This document shows, in pieces, positions 18,601 to 28,620 of a DNA stretch of 64,000 bases. The stretch covers positions 17,743-81,742 of the forward strand of contig CABUHS010000007.1 of NCBI GenBank assembly GCA_902491535.1, read 5' to 3'. Position 1 is the first letter of the stretch. Every line of letters starts with the position of its first letter. The stretch is from an uncultured Eubacteriales bacterium (GTDB lineage Bacteria > Bacillota > Clostridia > Oscillospirales > CAG-272). Under the pieces are notes generated by a model that was given only the letters and a program-made list of their open reading frames with translations, did no database searches and was not told where the DNA came from. The translations under genes were made by a program, and so were the position numbers.

Positions 18601-19212
18601 AACACGTGCTTCAAGTTCTCTGAGTATATCTCCGACACGAACCATATTCTCGGCAACATTCTCCATGCGCCGCTCCGTCTCATTTTTTCTCGAGCGGTAT
18701 TTAGATATACCGGCTGCCTCCTCGAATATAGTCCGGCGGTCCTCGCTTTTCTGCGAAACGATCTCCGCTATCTTACCCTGCCCGATAATCGAATATCCGG
18801 ATTTACCTACGCCGGTATTCATAAAAAGCTCGTTTATATCACGCAACCTTGCCGGGCGGCGGTCTATCATATATTCGCTCTCTCCGCCGCGGAAGCAGCG
18901 TCTCGTAACGACTATTTCATCGCCGCGATCCGGTATCTTTCCTATCTCCTCGGTATTGTCGAGAATGAGCGAAACCTCCGCAGTACCCATCTGCTTTCGG
19001 GAATTAGCCCCGGCAAAAATCACGTCCTCCATCTTGCTTCCGCGGACGCCTTTTGCGGAGGTTTCTCCGAGAACCCAACGGATCGCGTCGGATATATTCG
19101 ATTTTCCGCTTCCGTTAGGTCCGACAACGATAGTCGCACCCGAATTAAAGTTCAGAACGGTGCGGTCGGGGAATGATTTAAATCCCTGAAGCTCCAATGA
19201 TTTTAATTTCAA
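15616..19212 (-). CDS. smc: chromosome segregation protein SMC
   Basis: 1198 aa with an N-terminal Walker A (GPNGSGKSN), long coiled coils, a hinge, and a C-terminal LSGGE signature plus Walker B. Confidence 0.97.
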   Translation of the reverse strand: MKLKSLELQGFKSFPDRTVLNFNSGATIVVGPNGSGKSNISDAIRWVLGETSAKGVRGSKMEDVIFAGANSRKQMGTAEVSLILDNTEEIGKIPDRGDEIVVTRRCFRGGESEYMIDRRPARLRDINELFMNTGVGKSGYSIIGQGKIAEIVSQKSEDRRTIFEEAAGISKYRSRKNETERRMENVAENMVRVGDILRELEARVAPLSKESEKAKKYLELFEEKKRLDVALWLYDVENVRKKVSELSDSVAVAKRVLDEADGELSALESKNEHLYDESQVTKIKAEQTQRALRENSAAALELEGNIRVINNELEHLKDKKTGAGADLSMHRAAIADAEKNTEELCAALAVLKETLAGQRREHEDIIAEADGLKEKRVGIESDMVESDRKIRAMNDTLVAGKIRLSEIAGFHDSIGGRKESLSSELSEISERDALLEERIGKAERTIADYMQRSEQKNGLCTELSEKIKALDARIEELRSAQGKLVTELTSKKQRADTLKRMEEHFEGYNNSVRFVMDNSERGRLSGILGPVSRMIDVPKKYSVAVETALGANIQNIIVENEEAAKRAISLLKQSGAGRATFYPITSVKAQPLNMNISSLERNAGYLGIASELITCDDRCGGVIGYMLGRTAVFDNIDNATDCAKATGYRLRIVTLDGQIINAGGSFTGGSSKRDSGMLTRAQEIARFESEAEKLNIELTANRERVESLQRESDGLADELEGVKQDLSVLETMIGAEQTQKLVLQSQLENDREQYGRISGELEQLSAESERGDDERENLESENERLTAELSAEEGRRDGLEKQHEELNRNISRALERANEKLIRITQTEKDIESTERDVELSRSTEESLRLRAAGDEENIAGADFQTGQYKAQLETARAELSELKADAQRLEQENARLADKGLESDAALSKLRDKIKEESHRRENLFRAYTGLDSKYEQAKSEQDKLSSKLWDEYELTYAAAAALDYPPVTEESRVQSVSRQNELKTKIRALGSVNVGAIDEYKEVSERAEFMRTQYDDLCVSKDDLENIISELETEMKERFIDVMEQLDANFKVTFRELFGGGTAELRLTDREDPLGCGIEINVAPPGKIVKSMSLLSGGEQSFVAIALFFAILSVNPTPFAVLDEIEAALDDVNVARFADYIKRYSGNTQFVVITHRRGTMEIADTLYGVTMPERGISRVLTLNITEVENRLGVKIN

Positions 19213-19269
19213 TTTCTTCGACCATCCATTTCAATTTTAAAAGCATTTCGAATATTATGTAAAAAAGTC

Positions 19270-20304
19270 TCAACTGTCACTGCACAGCTTAATATTATAT
19301 CCGTCCAGAGCTGCGTTCTCTGTAACCGTAAGCTTTTTTATCCCGTACATACGGAACAGCGCTTTTCTGTTCGCACTCCTGTGTCCGAACACCGCGGACG
19401 TCATGCGCGGAGGGCATATGACGTGAATTGATTCTCTGCGCAGCGCTCCATCGCTCACATTTTCGGGAGATCCGAGCGTCTCTGTCATTCTTCGTAAAAA
19501 AATACGGCTGACCGCCATTTCGCCGATCGCAGGCTCATAGCCTCCGGCTACTATCCCTGTGTCGGACTCAAGATCATCGCTCGAGCAAAGTCCTATCCTT
19601 ATAACAGGAATCGAATATCTGCCGAACACCTCGAGTACATCGGCTACCCTCTCTACAGTATCCTCTGTATCAGGCGGAATATATTCATCACGGGTCATCA
19701 TTGATTCAAGCTCTGTCTGAGCAAAAACCATCGTCGGATAGACTCGCGCAGCATCCGCTCCTGCACGGCAAAGACATTCCGCAGTATGTATCTCGTCCTC
19801 GCGCGACGATCCCGGAAGTCCGGTCATCATCTGACCGACAAGTTTCATTCCGCTTTCCTTTATCAGCCGGCACGCACGCATCGACTGTTCCGCAGTATGA
19901 CCGCGCTTGCTGAGCCTCAAAACTCTGTCCGACATGCTCTGTATTCCAAGCTCGACCGTCGTCATTCCGTGAGACATGAGTATACTTATTATTTCTTCAT
20001 CAATATAATCGGGTCTCGTCGAGCATCTGAGCGACTTTACATCTCCGCTGACGAGATATTCTCCTGCAAGCTTGAGAAGAGAAACCATCTGATCCCTCGG
20101 TATACCCGTAAAGCTTCCTCCGAAAAAGGCTATCTCTATCTCCGCCCCGCTGACGCGTTCGGATTCAAGAACAGCCTCAATCTTATCTCTGACGCTTCCG
20201 ATATCAAATTCAGAAACACCCGATATCTTTCTCTGATTGCAGAAAACGCAGGTATTCGGACAGCCGAGATGAGGAATAAAAACGGGAATATTTATATGCT
20301 TCAT
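19270..20304 (-). CDS. radical SAM protein (ELP3-like family)
   Basis: CxxxCxxC motif HLGCPNTCVFCNQ near the N-terminus. The preferred start is MKHINIPVF (ATG 20302-20304, GGAAGTG upstream). The ORF track extends to 20352, overlapping rnc. Confidence 0.8.
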   Translation of the reverse strand: MKHINIPVFIPHLGCPNTCVFCNQRKISGVSEFDIGSVRDKIEAVLESERVSGAEIEIAFFGGSFTGIPRDQMVSLLKLAGEYLVSGDVKSLRCSTRPDYIDEEIISILMSHGMTTVELGIQSMSDRVLRLSKRGHTAEQSMRACRLIKESGMKLVGQMMTGLPGSSREDEIHTAECLCRAGADAARVYPTMVFAQTELESMMTRDEYIPPDTEDTVERVADVLEVFGRYSIPVIRIGLCSSDDLESDTGIVAGGYEPAIGEMAVSRIFLRRMTETLGSPENVSDGALRRESIHVICPPRMTSAVFGHRSANRKALFRMYGIKKLTVTENAALDGYNIKLCSDS

Positions 20305-20326
20305 AATTTCAGCACTTCCGATCTTA

Positions 20327-21052
20327 TCAGTCTTTATCTCCGAAAAGCTCAAGCGCCTTTTTGGCAGCTATCTGCTCAGCCGCTCGCTTGCTGCCCGCTG
20401 TTCCGATACCGATAACATTGCTGTTCAGTCTCGCTTCCACGGTAAATACTCTCTGATGCGCCGGTCCTGTCTCGCTGACGGGAACGTATTCAAGAAGCTC
20501 CCCATGCTCCTGCTGGACTATCTGCTGAAGGATCGTCTTATAATCAGCGGTATGTCCGCTCGAGAGGATACGATCTATCTCCTCCTCAGCAAACGGAAGC
20601 AGAAATTTGCTGACCGGATATATTCCTCCGTCAAGATATATTGCGGCAAGAAGCGCCTCGAAAGCATCGGCAAGGATCGAAGGACGCTCCCGTCCGTTTG
20701 AAATATCCTCTCCGCGGCCGAGAAAAAGATAGTTTCCGAGCTTTATCCTACGGGCAAATCCGGCAAGAGCTTTCTCACAGATAGTTCCTGCACGCACCTT
20801 TGAAAGTTCCCCTTCGGGCATGTCCGGATACGTCTCAAACAAATAATCGCTGACTATTATTGAAAGCACCGAATCCCCGAGAAACTCAAGGCGTTCGTTG
20901 CACTGCCGCGCGATACCGTGGGCACGCTTTTCGTTTGAATATGACGAATGCGTAAGCGCGGTATGAAGCAGCTTTTTATTGGAAAAGGTATATCCTACAG
21001 TCCTTTCAAGTCCGGCCGTATCCGCTGGCAGCTTTTCTTTGACCTCGTTCAT
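20327..21052 (-). CDS. rnc: ribonuclease III
   Basis: RNase III signature NERLEFLGDSVL plus a C-terminal dsRBD (GPAHQRVFTVEARL...GSKRAAEQIAAKKAL). Confidence 0.95.
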   Translation of the reverse strand: MNEVKEKLPADTAGLERTVGYTFSNKKLLHTALTHSSYSNEKRAHGIARQCNERLEFLGDSVLSIIVSDYLFETYPDMPEGELSKVRAGTICEKALAGFARRIKLGNYLFLGRGEDISNGRERPSILADAFEALLAAIYLDGGIYPVSKFLLPFAEEEIDRILSSGHTADYKTILQQIVQQEHGELLEYVPVSETGPAHQRVFTVEARLNSNVIGIGTAGSKRAAEQIAAKKALELFGDKD

Positions 21053-21179
21053 TTTTTCTCCATTCTGCCGACTTTTAACAATACAACGGTGCAGCGGTAA
21101 AAACCGCTCCGTTTTTTCAGTTTCGGCATGTATTTAAGGCGGCACAGGTAAAACCGCTTTTCCGTTTCCGATATACGCA

Positions 21180-22244
21180 TTATTCGGCTTGCGATATCTC
21201 CTGTTTGTTTTCGCTGCCGACGCTGTCAGAACCTGCATTTTTAGCAGCGTCAGCTTCTACCCATTTTGCTATTTCGATATGAACTCCCGCTGACGTAAAG
21301 TCAGCCGCTTTACGTATTGCGTTCTTAAATGCCTTTGCGTTCGATCCGCCGTGCGCTTTGATAACAGGCTTTGACAGTCCGAGAAGCGGCGCTCCACCGT
21401 ATTCAGACGGATCAAAGGAAGTTTTCATCTTTTTGAGATTTCCGCGAAGTCCGAGCGCCGATACCTTAGTTATAATATTTTCATAAAAGCAGTCTTTGAG
21501 CTTTGAAAGCATATAAAGACCGAGTCCTTCGGTAAGCTTAAGGAATATATTTCCGGTAAATCCGTCGGTAACAAGAACGTCACATCCGCCGAGCGGAGCT
21601 TCCTTTCCTTCTATATTGCCGACAAAATTCAAAGTTTCGTCTTTTTCAAGAAGCTCATACGTCTCAATAAGCTTTTTAGTGCCTTTTGTTCGTTCCGCAC
21701 CGTTATTGAGAAGTCCTACCTCGGGATTCTCAACACCGAAAACATACTTCATATATATCGAACCCATTGCGGCAAACTGACGCATATACATAGGCTGAAC
21801 CTCTATATTGGCGCCTGAATCAATGAGAAGCACAGGCTTTGCAAACGGCAGAACCGTAGCTATAGCCGAGCGCTGTATTCCGCGTATACGGCGGACTATC
21901 AAAGATGATCCGGCATGAAGCGCGCCTGTGTTTCCCGCAGATACAAAAGCATCTGTCTTGCCGTCCGCAAGCATGTGAAGTCCGACAGCCATAGACGAAT
22001 CGCTCTTTTGCTTTACAACACTGAGCGCATCATCCTCCATGCTTATAACTCCGTCTGTATGTACGATCTCGATTCCGTCAAGCTCGTCGGAGCGCCCTGC
22101 TTCTTCAGCTGCGGCACGTATGAGACGCTCATCTCCGATCAGCGTGACCGAAAGATCGGAATATTCTTTTATCGCATCAAGCGCGCCGATAACGGGCGCC
22201 TGCGGAGCGTTGTCTCCGCCCATGGCATCTATCAGTATTTTCAT
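21180..22244 (-). CDS. plsX: phosphate acyltransferase PlsX
   Basis: Begins MKILIDAMGGDNAP and is PlsX-like across its full length. Confidence 0.95.
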   Translation of the reverse strand: MKILIDAMGGDNAPQAPVIGALDAIKEYSDLSVTLIGDERLIRAAAEEAGRSDELDGIEIVHTDGVISMEDDALSVVKQKSDSSMAVGLHMLADGKTDAFVSAGNTGALHAGSSLIVRRIRGIQRSAIATVLPFAKPVLLIDSGANIEVQPMYMRQFAAMGSIYMKYVFGVENPEVGLLNNGAERTKGTKKLIETYELLEKDETLNFVGNIEGKEAPLGGCDVLVTDGFTGNIFLKLTEGLGLYMLSKLKDCFYENIITKVSALGLRGNLKKMKTSFDPSEYGGAPLLGLSKPVIKAHGGSNAKAFKNAIRKAADFTSAGVHIEIAKWVEADAAKNAGSDSVGSENKQEISQAE

Positions 22245-22306
22245 TGTAATCTCACCTTCTGTATAAGATCCGAAGCTGATGCTCCATTTAATTATCCGAG
22301 CAGGAC

Positions 22307-24616
22307 TCAGCTTTCGCTTTCAGTCTGTGCTTCATATTCGCGCTTGTATCCGCACTCTTTGTTATGGCATACAACAAGCTGCTTGCCTTTTTTCCTGTAA
22401 AGCATCTCTCCGCAGTCGGGACATTTCTCGTCAAGAGGAAGATCCCATGAAGAAAATCCGCACTTTGTATAGTTTTCACAGCTGTAGAAAAAAGATTTGT
22501 TTTTTCCGCGCTTTGCAACTATCTCACCGCCGCATACAGGGCATTTGACACCTATCTTTTTTACGATCTGTTTTGTTGTCTTGCATTCGGGATAATTCAC
22601 ACACGCATAGAAGCTTCCGTATCTTCCCGTACGCAGAACCATATCGCCGCCGCACTTCTCGCACTTCATATCCGGTACCGTTTCCGGCTGCTTTGTTTCT
22701 TCACCGCCGTTTTTAGTATCCGCAGGCCGCTTTTCGATAGGTTTTGTGTTTTTACATTCGGGGTAGTTCGGACAAGCAGCAAATTTACCGTATCTGCCGT
22801 TCTTAACTATCATTTTTGCGCCGCATTTATCACAAATAATATCAGTTTCCTCGACAGGCAGCTTAACATCCTCGCGCGACACAGAGGATTCGGCAGATTC
22901 AAGCTGTCCGGCAAATTTGCCGTAAAAGCTTCCGAGTACATCCTGAATGCTGCTCTGACCGTGTTCGATATTGTCAAGAGACTGCTCCATCTGCGCCGTG
23001 AATTCGTAATCGACTATCTCCGGAAAATACTGTTTCATGAGATCTGTGGTTATCTCGCCAAGCGAAGTAGGCTTCAGCACCTTGCCGTCACGCTCAACAT
23101 ATCCGCGTGAGATTATCGTAGTTATTATGGTAGCATACGTACTCGGACGTCCTATGCCTTTTTCCTCAAGAAATTTTACAAGCGAGCCTTCATTATATCT
23201 CGCAGGCGGTTCTGTAAAATGTCTCAAATCCTTTATCTCACTTGCCGTAAGCGTCTCGCCTTCCGAGATCGCCGGAAGCATACCGGGCGCCGATGATTCC
23301 GATTCGTCGTCGCCTTCCTCTGTAGAACCGTAAACCGCAAGACAGCCGCGGAATTTTACGGTATATCCCGATGCTCTGAACACATGCTCACCGCACCTAA
23401 CATCTGCAGCGACCGTATCAAGCTCTGCCGAAGCCATCTGGCTTGCCATAAAACGGTTGAATATCAGCTTGTAAAGCTTATACTGATCGGCGCTGAGGTA
23501 TTTCTTTATCTTGTCGGGATCAAGCAGAGGATTTGCAGGGCGTATCGCTTCGTGAGCGTCCTGCGCGCCTTCTTTTGTCTTATATACACGGGGCGATGCA
23601 GGAACATATTTTTCTCCGAACCGGCCTGTAATATACTCGGCAGCCTTTTGTCTCGCCTCATCGGAGACGCGGAGCGAGTCGGTTCTCATGTATGTTATAA
23701 GTCCCTGAGTTCCGCCGTTTTCGCTTCCGACATTAACGCCCTCATAAAGCTCCTGTGCTACCTGCATTATACGTGTCGAGCGGAACCCGAGCTTACGCGA
23801 CGCGTCCTGCTGCATCGTGGACGTCGTAAAAGGCGGCTGCGGATTTTTCATACGTGTAGAACGCTTTACCGACGAGACCGAAAACGGCTTTCCCTCGATA
23901 TCACGAAGCACTGCAGCAGCATCTTCACCGGAATGAAGTTCAGCTTTTTTGCGTCCCTTTCCGTAATATTTAGCCTTGAAGCTCTCACCCTTTTCGGTTT
24001 TCAAGACAGCGTCGATAGTCCAGTATTCTTCAGGAACAAAACTGCGTATCTCAGTCTCACGTTCAACAATAATACGTGTTGCGACCGACTGAACGCGTCC
24101 GGCAGAAAGTCCGCCGTGTATAGTTTTCCAGAAAAAAGGACTGAGCTTATATCCCACTATACGGTCAAGTATTCTGCGCGCCTGCTGCGAATTTACAAGA
24201 TCGATATCGATCGCACGCGGATTTTTGATCGCCGCTTTAACCGCTTTTTTCGTAACCTCGTTAAAGGTTATACGGCAAGCCTTTTCCTCCGGTATTCCGA
24301 GCGCGGAAACCAGATGCCATGAGATCGCTTCCCCCTCACGGTCAGGGTCGGCTGCGAGATATACTTTATCCGCATTTTTTGCTTCCTTTTTAAGTTCTGC
24401 AATAAGAGGTCCCTTTCCCCTGATATTTATATATTTTGCTGCAAAACCGTTATCTATATCAACTCCGAGCGTACTTTTGGGGAGATCGCGTACATGACCT
24501 ATCGAAGCAACTACTTTATATCCGGAGCCAAGATAGCTTTTTACCGTTCCCGCCTTTGACGGAGACTCAACTATAACAAGATGTGACATTGTATCTCTGC
24601 TTTTATTCCCTTTCAT
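22307..24616 (-). CDS. topA: DNA topoisomerase I
   Basis: Toprim start LVIVESPSKA, active-site region YMRTDS, and C-terminal repeated Cys4 zinc ribbons. An alternative start is the ATG at 24589. Confidence 0.95.
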   Translation of the reverse strand: MKGNKSRDTMSHLVIVESPSKAGTVKSYLGSGYKVVASIGHVRDLPKSTLGVDIDNGFAAKYINIRGKGPLIAELKKEAKNADKVYLAADPDREGEAISWHLVSALGIPEEKACRITFNEVTKKAVKAAIKNPRAIDIDLVNSQQARRILDRIVGYKLSPFFWKTIHGGLSAGRVQSVATRIIVERETEIRSFVPEEYWTIDAVLKTEKGESFKAKYYGKGRKKAELHSGEDAAAVLRDIEGKPFSVSSVKRSTRMKNPQPPFTTSTMQQDASRKLGFRSTRIMQVAQELYEGVNVGSENGGTQGLITYMRTDSLRVSDEARQKAAEYITGRFGEKYVPASPRVYKTKEGAQDAHEAIRPANPLLDPDKIKKYLSADQYKLYKLIFNRFMASQMASAELDTVAADVRCGEHVFRASGYTVKFRGCLAVYGSTEEGDDESESSAPGMLPAISEGETLTASEIKDLRHFTEPPARYNEGSLVKFLEEKGIGRPSTYATIITTIISRGYVERDGKVLKPTSLGEITTDLMKQYFPEIVDYEFTAQMEQSLDNIEHGQSSIQDVLGSFYGKFAGQLESAESSVSREDVKLPVEETDIICDKCGAKMIVKNGRYGKFAACPNYPECKNTKPIEKRPADTKNGGEETKQPETVPDMKCEKCGGDMVLRTGRYGSFYACVNYPECKTTKQIVKKIGVKCPVCGGEIVAKRGKNKSFFYSCENYTKCGFSSWDLPLDEKCPDCGEMLYRKKGKQLVVCHNKECGYKREYEAQTESES

Positions 24617-24708
24617 ATCATATCTTCTGTTTTAATATCCGTATGCAATTCTGTATCTGTTTTTTCATATGCCGAACGCATAAATAATATTCATATCCGA
24701 AGCGGCAT

Positions 24709-26166
24709 TTATGCGTTCTCTTCACGGCGCAATTGCCGTCTCGACACTTCAGAATGCGCAAGTTCTACAGCGCCGATCATCTCAAGAGACGAAAGCATCT
24801 CCATAAGTTCTCCCATTTCAATCCCACCTCTTGAAAGCTCATCAAATGATATGCTTCCCTGATCCGGAATGCGTCCGTAAAGCTTAACCGCATCCTCACC
24901 AAAATCTAATTCCGAAAGCTTCTTCAATACCTCATTTTCTGAAAGCGCAGACAGTTCTTTCGAAGCTTCTTCCGGTTTCTTAACCGGCTTCTGAGCAACC
25001 TGAACAGTTTCAGGAGGCAAGACATTATTTCGGGGAGGAGTCAGATTTTTGCTGTCAGGCATTTTCTCTGCAGTCGGAGTATGCGGAGAGACAGACGATT
25101 CCTTTGAATAGATCCTTGCAGGAGCGCTTTTATTATGCCCGAACTGCGGAGGATATGATCTATTCGGCTGCTTACGAAACACATTTTTCAAACTGCCGTC
25201 GCTGCAGTATTTCGATAGCTTACACACTAAGTTTTCAAGATTTATGACATCATCATAAGATTCCGCAAAATCAGAGAGAACATCCAAAGCATTAGTAGCC
25301 ATCTTAGCGCCGTCTTTTATCAGCAAGTTTGTTCCGCAGCTGGTAGAATTCCCGATATTTCCGGGCAAAGCATAAACAGGTCTTCCCTGTTTAACTGCGT
25401 AATTTGCGGTTATAAGAGAACCGCTATTCCCATCAGCCTCGACAACAACTGTTCCTTGAGACAATCCGCTTATTATTCTGTTTCTTACAGGAAAATTCTT
25501 ACCTTTAGGCTCTGTACCCGGACAAAATTCTGTAATCACCGTTCCGCGTACCGCTATCTCCCTTATAAGATTCATATGCTCTTTCGGATAGATACGGTCA
25601 ATACCGCATCCAAGTACAGCTATAGTATATCCGCCTGCGTCAAGTGCGCCTCTGTGTGCAAATCCGTCAACGCCGAGCGCTGCGCCCGAAACAACAACCG
25701 CTCCGGACGAAGCAAGATCGTAGCCCATGCAATACGATTGTTTTCCGCCGTAATCCGTCATTTTTCTCGTTCCGACAACTGCCAAAGACAACCTACGGTT
25801 GATACGCGGAGGCATTCCGAGATAATAAAGCATAATAGGAGCAGAATCTATTATTTTCAGACTGTTCGGATAATATTCACTGTTGTAAGGCAGAAGTCCG
25901 ACATTATAACGCTTACACCAATCGATCAGATCATATGAAGTTTTAAGAGTTTTTCTGCAAAGTTTGTCAATAACTTCGCCCTTAAGTCCCGGAATATGCA
26001 TATATTCTTCAGGAGCCGCATTGTAAATCTGTCTTGCATCAACACCGAATACTTTAAAAAGCTTCTCCGGTGCAGTGCTTCCGGCACCGCATACGATACT
26101 TAACCACATCCAGTAGACAATATCCGCATCATACTGCATGTCCTCATAATGCTTTATCCAATCCAT
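24709..26166 (-). CDS. dprA: DNA processing protein DprA with a long C-terminal extension
   Basis: Rossmann-like DprA core (VVGTRKMTDYG...VVSGAALGVDG...GNIGNSTSCGTNLLIKDGA), followed by a low-complexity linker of about 100 aa and a terminal helical domain. Confidence 0.85.
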   Translation of the reverse strand: MDWIKHYEDMQYDADIVYWMWLSIVCGAGSTAPEKLFKVFGVDARQIYNAAPEEYMHIPGLKGEVIDKLCRKTLKTSYDLIDWCKRYNVGLLPYNSEYYPNSLKIIDSAPIMLYYLGMPPRINRRLSLAVVGTRKMTDYGGKQSYCMGYDLASSGAVVVSGAALGVDGFAHRGALDAGGYTIAVLGCGIDRIYPKEHMNLIREIAVRGTVITEFCPGTEPKGKNFPVRNRIISGLSQGTVVVEADGNSGSLITANYAVKQGRPVYALPGNIGNSTSCGTNLLIKDGAKMATNALDVLSDFAESYDDVINLENLVCKLSKYCSDGSLKNVFRKQPNRSYPPQFGHNKSAPARIYSKESSVSPHTPTAEKMPDSKNLTPPRNNVLPPETVQVAQKPVKKPEEASKELSALSENEVLKKLSELDFGEDAVKLYGRIPDQGSISFDELSRGGIEMGELMEMLSSLEMIGAVELAHSEVSRRQLRREENA

Positions 26167-26990
26167 GATCCTTTACCGGTCTCCCACATAAGTATTGCAG
26201 CCGCCGCTGCAGCATTCAAAGATTCGCTTCCCTCCCGCATGGGAATTATAACGCTTCCGCTGCAGATATCTATAAGATCTTTTTCAAGACCGTGTCCTTC
26301 ATTTCCGACCAAAAAACAGTCCCTGCCGCTGATCTGCATATCATTAAGCTTTACTGAATCTCCGCTGAGCGCTGCCGCGCTCACACGATATCCGTTTTTA
26401 CGCAAAGCGTATACCGCCGAATAAATATCGGCGCAAACAGTTATTTTCTGTCTGAACAGTGCGCCCATGGCGGCCCTTACCGTGCGCCGGTTATATAAGT
26501 CTGCACAATCAGAGGAGATAATAAATTCGTCGATACCGAGCGCATTTGCGTTACGTATCATCGTGCCGAGATTTCCGGGATCGCGTATCTGCGCAGCCAT
26601 AAATTTCGTTCCCGATGCATTGCCGTCACAATTATATATTGTAACAAATTTATGCAAAAAGTCAATATGTTTAGCTACGCATAAAATACCTTCCGGAGAT
26701 TTTTCTCCCGAAATCTTGTCATATACTTCCGGCGTAACAACGGTGACCTTATCTTCGGGAAGTCCGGAAACAAGATCAAGTGAAACATCCTCGCGTATAA
26801 ACACACTTACGATCTCCGCATCCGAAGCCAGAGCATCGCAAAGAAGTTTCCGTCCCTCAAAAACAAAGCATCCACGTCTATCGCGGTATTTTTTCTCCGA
26901 AAGCGCCGCAGTTGCAATAATCAGCTGATTAGATCTCGATGTTATATACCCGTACCTGCCGTTTTTTCCGTTTTTATAGCTGTCCTGCAT
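26154..26990 (-). CDS. TrmH/SpoU-family RNA 2'-O-methyltransferase
   Basis: SpoU motifs DPGNLGTMIRNANALG, FLVGNEGHGL and ESLNAAAAAAILMWE. Confidence 0.8.
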   Translation of the reverse strand: MQDSYKNGKNGRYGYITSRSNQLIIATAALSEKKYRDRRGCFVFEGRKLLCDALASDAEIVSVFIREDVSLDLVSGLPEDKVTVVTPEVYDKISGEKSPEGILCVAKHIDFLHKFVTIYNCDGNASGTKFMAAQIRDPGNLGTMIRNANALGIDEFIISSDCADLYNRRTVRAAMGALFRQKITVCADIYSAVYALRKNGYRVSAAALSGDSVKLNDMQISGRDCFLVGNEGHGLEKDLIDICSGSVIIPMREGSESLNAAAAAAILMWETGKGSWIG

Positions 26991-27130
26991 ATAAAAAATA
27001 CCTCCGAAAAATCATTGCCGCCTGCTCTTTAACGCGAAAAACCCGCGGACGCATACGCGCGATACGCACGGATGTGTCCCGGGTCTTTTTATGTTCGTTA
27101 AAGTCCGTACAGCAGATGTACAAACCGAAA

Positions 27131-27484
27131 TTAAAGAGCTGCTTTAGCCTTTTCAGCAAGTGCTGCGAATGCATCCTTATCGGATACAGCAAGCTCTGCA
27201 AGCATCTTACGGTTAAGATCGATTCCTGCAAGCTTCAGACCGTGCATCATTGTAGAATAGTTCATGCCGCAGATCTTAGCCTGTGCAGAAATTCTGGTGA
27301 TCCAGAGTCTGCGGAAATCTCTTTTCTTGAGCTTTCTGCCTGTAAATGCATAGTTACCGCTCTTCATTACGGCCTGTTTGGCCATCTTGAAATGTTTGCT
27401 CTTAGCGCCCCAGTAACCTTTCGCACACTTTAATACTTTATTGCGTCTTTTACGAGTCATTACGGCTCTTTTAATTCTTGCCAT
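27131..27484 (-). CDS. rplT: 50S ribosomal protein L20
   Basis: Begins [19 protein letters not shown] and is 117 aa, in infC-rpmI-rplT order. Confidence 0.97.
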   Translation of the reverse strand: MARIKRAVMTRKRRNKVLKCAKGYWGAKSKHFKMAKQAVMKSGNYAFTGRKLKKRDFRRLWITRISAQAKICGMNYSTMMHGLKLAGIDLNRKMLAELAVSDKDAFAALAEKAKAAL

Positions 27485-27519
27485 TTTAATTTCCTCCTGC
27501 TAACGTATACTTGCCGGCA

Positions 27520-27717
27520 TTACTTGCTGGGCATAAGAGTCTTGATAGTCGCTGCGAACGATTCGCTGAGATATGCACCCTGTCTGAGATGTCTTTTTCT
27601 CTTCTGAGCCTTTATGCCGAGATTGTGGCGGTGATGTGAATGATTCATTTTTACCAGACCGCTCTTTGTGACATTGAATCTTTTAGCGGTAGCTCTGTGT
27701 GTCTTGATTTTTCCCAT
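27520..27717 (-). CDS. rpmI: 50S ribosomal protein L35
   Basis: Begins MGKIKTHRATAKRF and is 65 aa. Confidence 0.95.
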   Translation of the reverse strand: MGKIKTHRATAKRFNVTKSGLVKMNHSHHRHNLGIKAQKRKRHLRQGAYLSESFAATIKTLMPSK

Positions 27718-27783
27718 GATTAGGAACTCCTTTCGGTATTTATCCGTTTATACAGATTTTTATTTTCGAAATGCCCCGGAGAA

Positions 27784-28431
27784 TTACTCCCCGGTATTTT
27801 TCTCTGCGGATTCTTCTGCAGGCTTTTCAGCTTTCGGTGCCGCAGATTTCTTTGAAGAACCTTTTGACTGTCCCGCACCCTCACGCTTGCTCAAAGGTGT
27901 TATAAACATCGACATGAAACGACCCTCAAGATTCGGTGCCTTATCAACGCTTCCGATATCCTCGCATGCTTCACGGAACTTCTGAAGCAGTTCACGGCCC
28001 ACATCAAGATGGCTCATCTCGCGTCCCTTGAACTTTACAATAACCTTAACCTTGTCTCCGCCGGTAAGAAAGCGACGCGCATGATTTACTTTTGTATTGA
28101 AGTCATTCGTGTCTATCTTGCAGGACAGTCCTATCTCCTTGAGATTCATGACCTGCTGCTTTTTCTTCGCTTCCTTTTCCCGCTTGTCACGTTCAAAACG
28201 GAACTTACCGTAGTCGATTATCTTACATACGGGGGGATCGGCCTGCGCAGTGATCATAACGAGATCCAAACCCTTGTCGTATGCGTTGTTCTGCGCAGCG
28301 GCAACAGTAAGAAGTCCGAGCTGCTCGCCCGTAGGGCCTATGACCCGCACGATCTTGGTAGGAGCAAAACCCAACACGGTTTTGATCTCATCATTGATGT
28401 AATGCTCCTTAGTACTGTTATTGTTTCTGAT
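27784..28431 (-). CDS. infC: translation initiation factor IF-3, probable non-AUG (ATC) start
   Basis: IF-3 core INDEIKT...VRVIGPTGEQLG... The only good GGAGGTG Shine-Dalgarno sits 7 nt upstream of the ATC at 28429-28431, and IF-3 genes classically use AUU-class starts. The C-terminus has a K/A/E-rich tail. Confidence 0.9.
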   Translation of the reverse strand: MRNNNSTKEHYINDEIKTVLGFAPTKIVRVIGPTGEQLGLLTVAAAQNNAYDKGLDLVMITAQADPPVCKIIDYGKFRFERDKREKEAKKKQQVMNLKEIGLSCKIDTNDFNTKVNHARRFLTGGDKVKVIVKFKGREMSHLDVGRELLQKFREACEDIGSVDKAPNLEGRFMSMFITPLSKREGAGQSKGSSKKSAAPKAEKPAEESAEKNTGE

Positions 28432-28620
28432 AGTTAAGCACCTCCGCTCAAAAATAAAAAATCGCGATAAACATCTGTATACAGCATGCCTCCGCAATCA
28501 CAAACGCGCAAATTAAGCAAATTAAATTTAATAATTAATAAGCGCAATATCGACCTTATTGCTGTAAACATCCGAAGCATAAGGTGAGAGCGGAGCGCCC
28601 TGCTTACTCATTTCTAAGTA
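28432..28620 (-). promoter_or_regulatory. 5' leader of the infC-rpmI-rplT operon (candidate L20-responsive leader)
   Basis: A leader of about 190 nt lies between a consensus promoter and infC. It contains palindromes (ctgtatacag) and a T-run just before the RBS. Firmicute infC operons are known to carry an L20 leader, but I could not verify the fold by eye. Confidence 0.3.

Noticed and set aside
21053-21179. Expected acpP (or fab genes) between plsX and rnc
   Set aside because: The gap is 127 nt with no ORF, so acpP must be elsewhere. This is a synteny difference, not a hidden gene.
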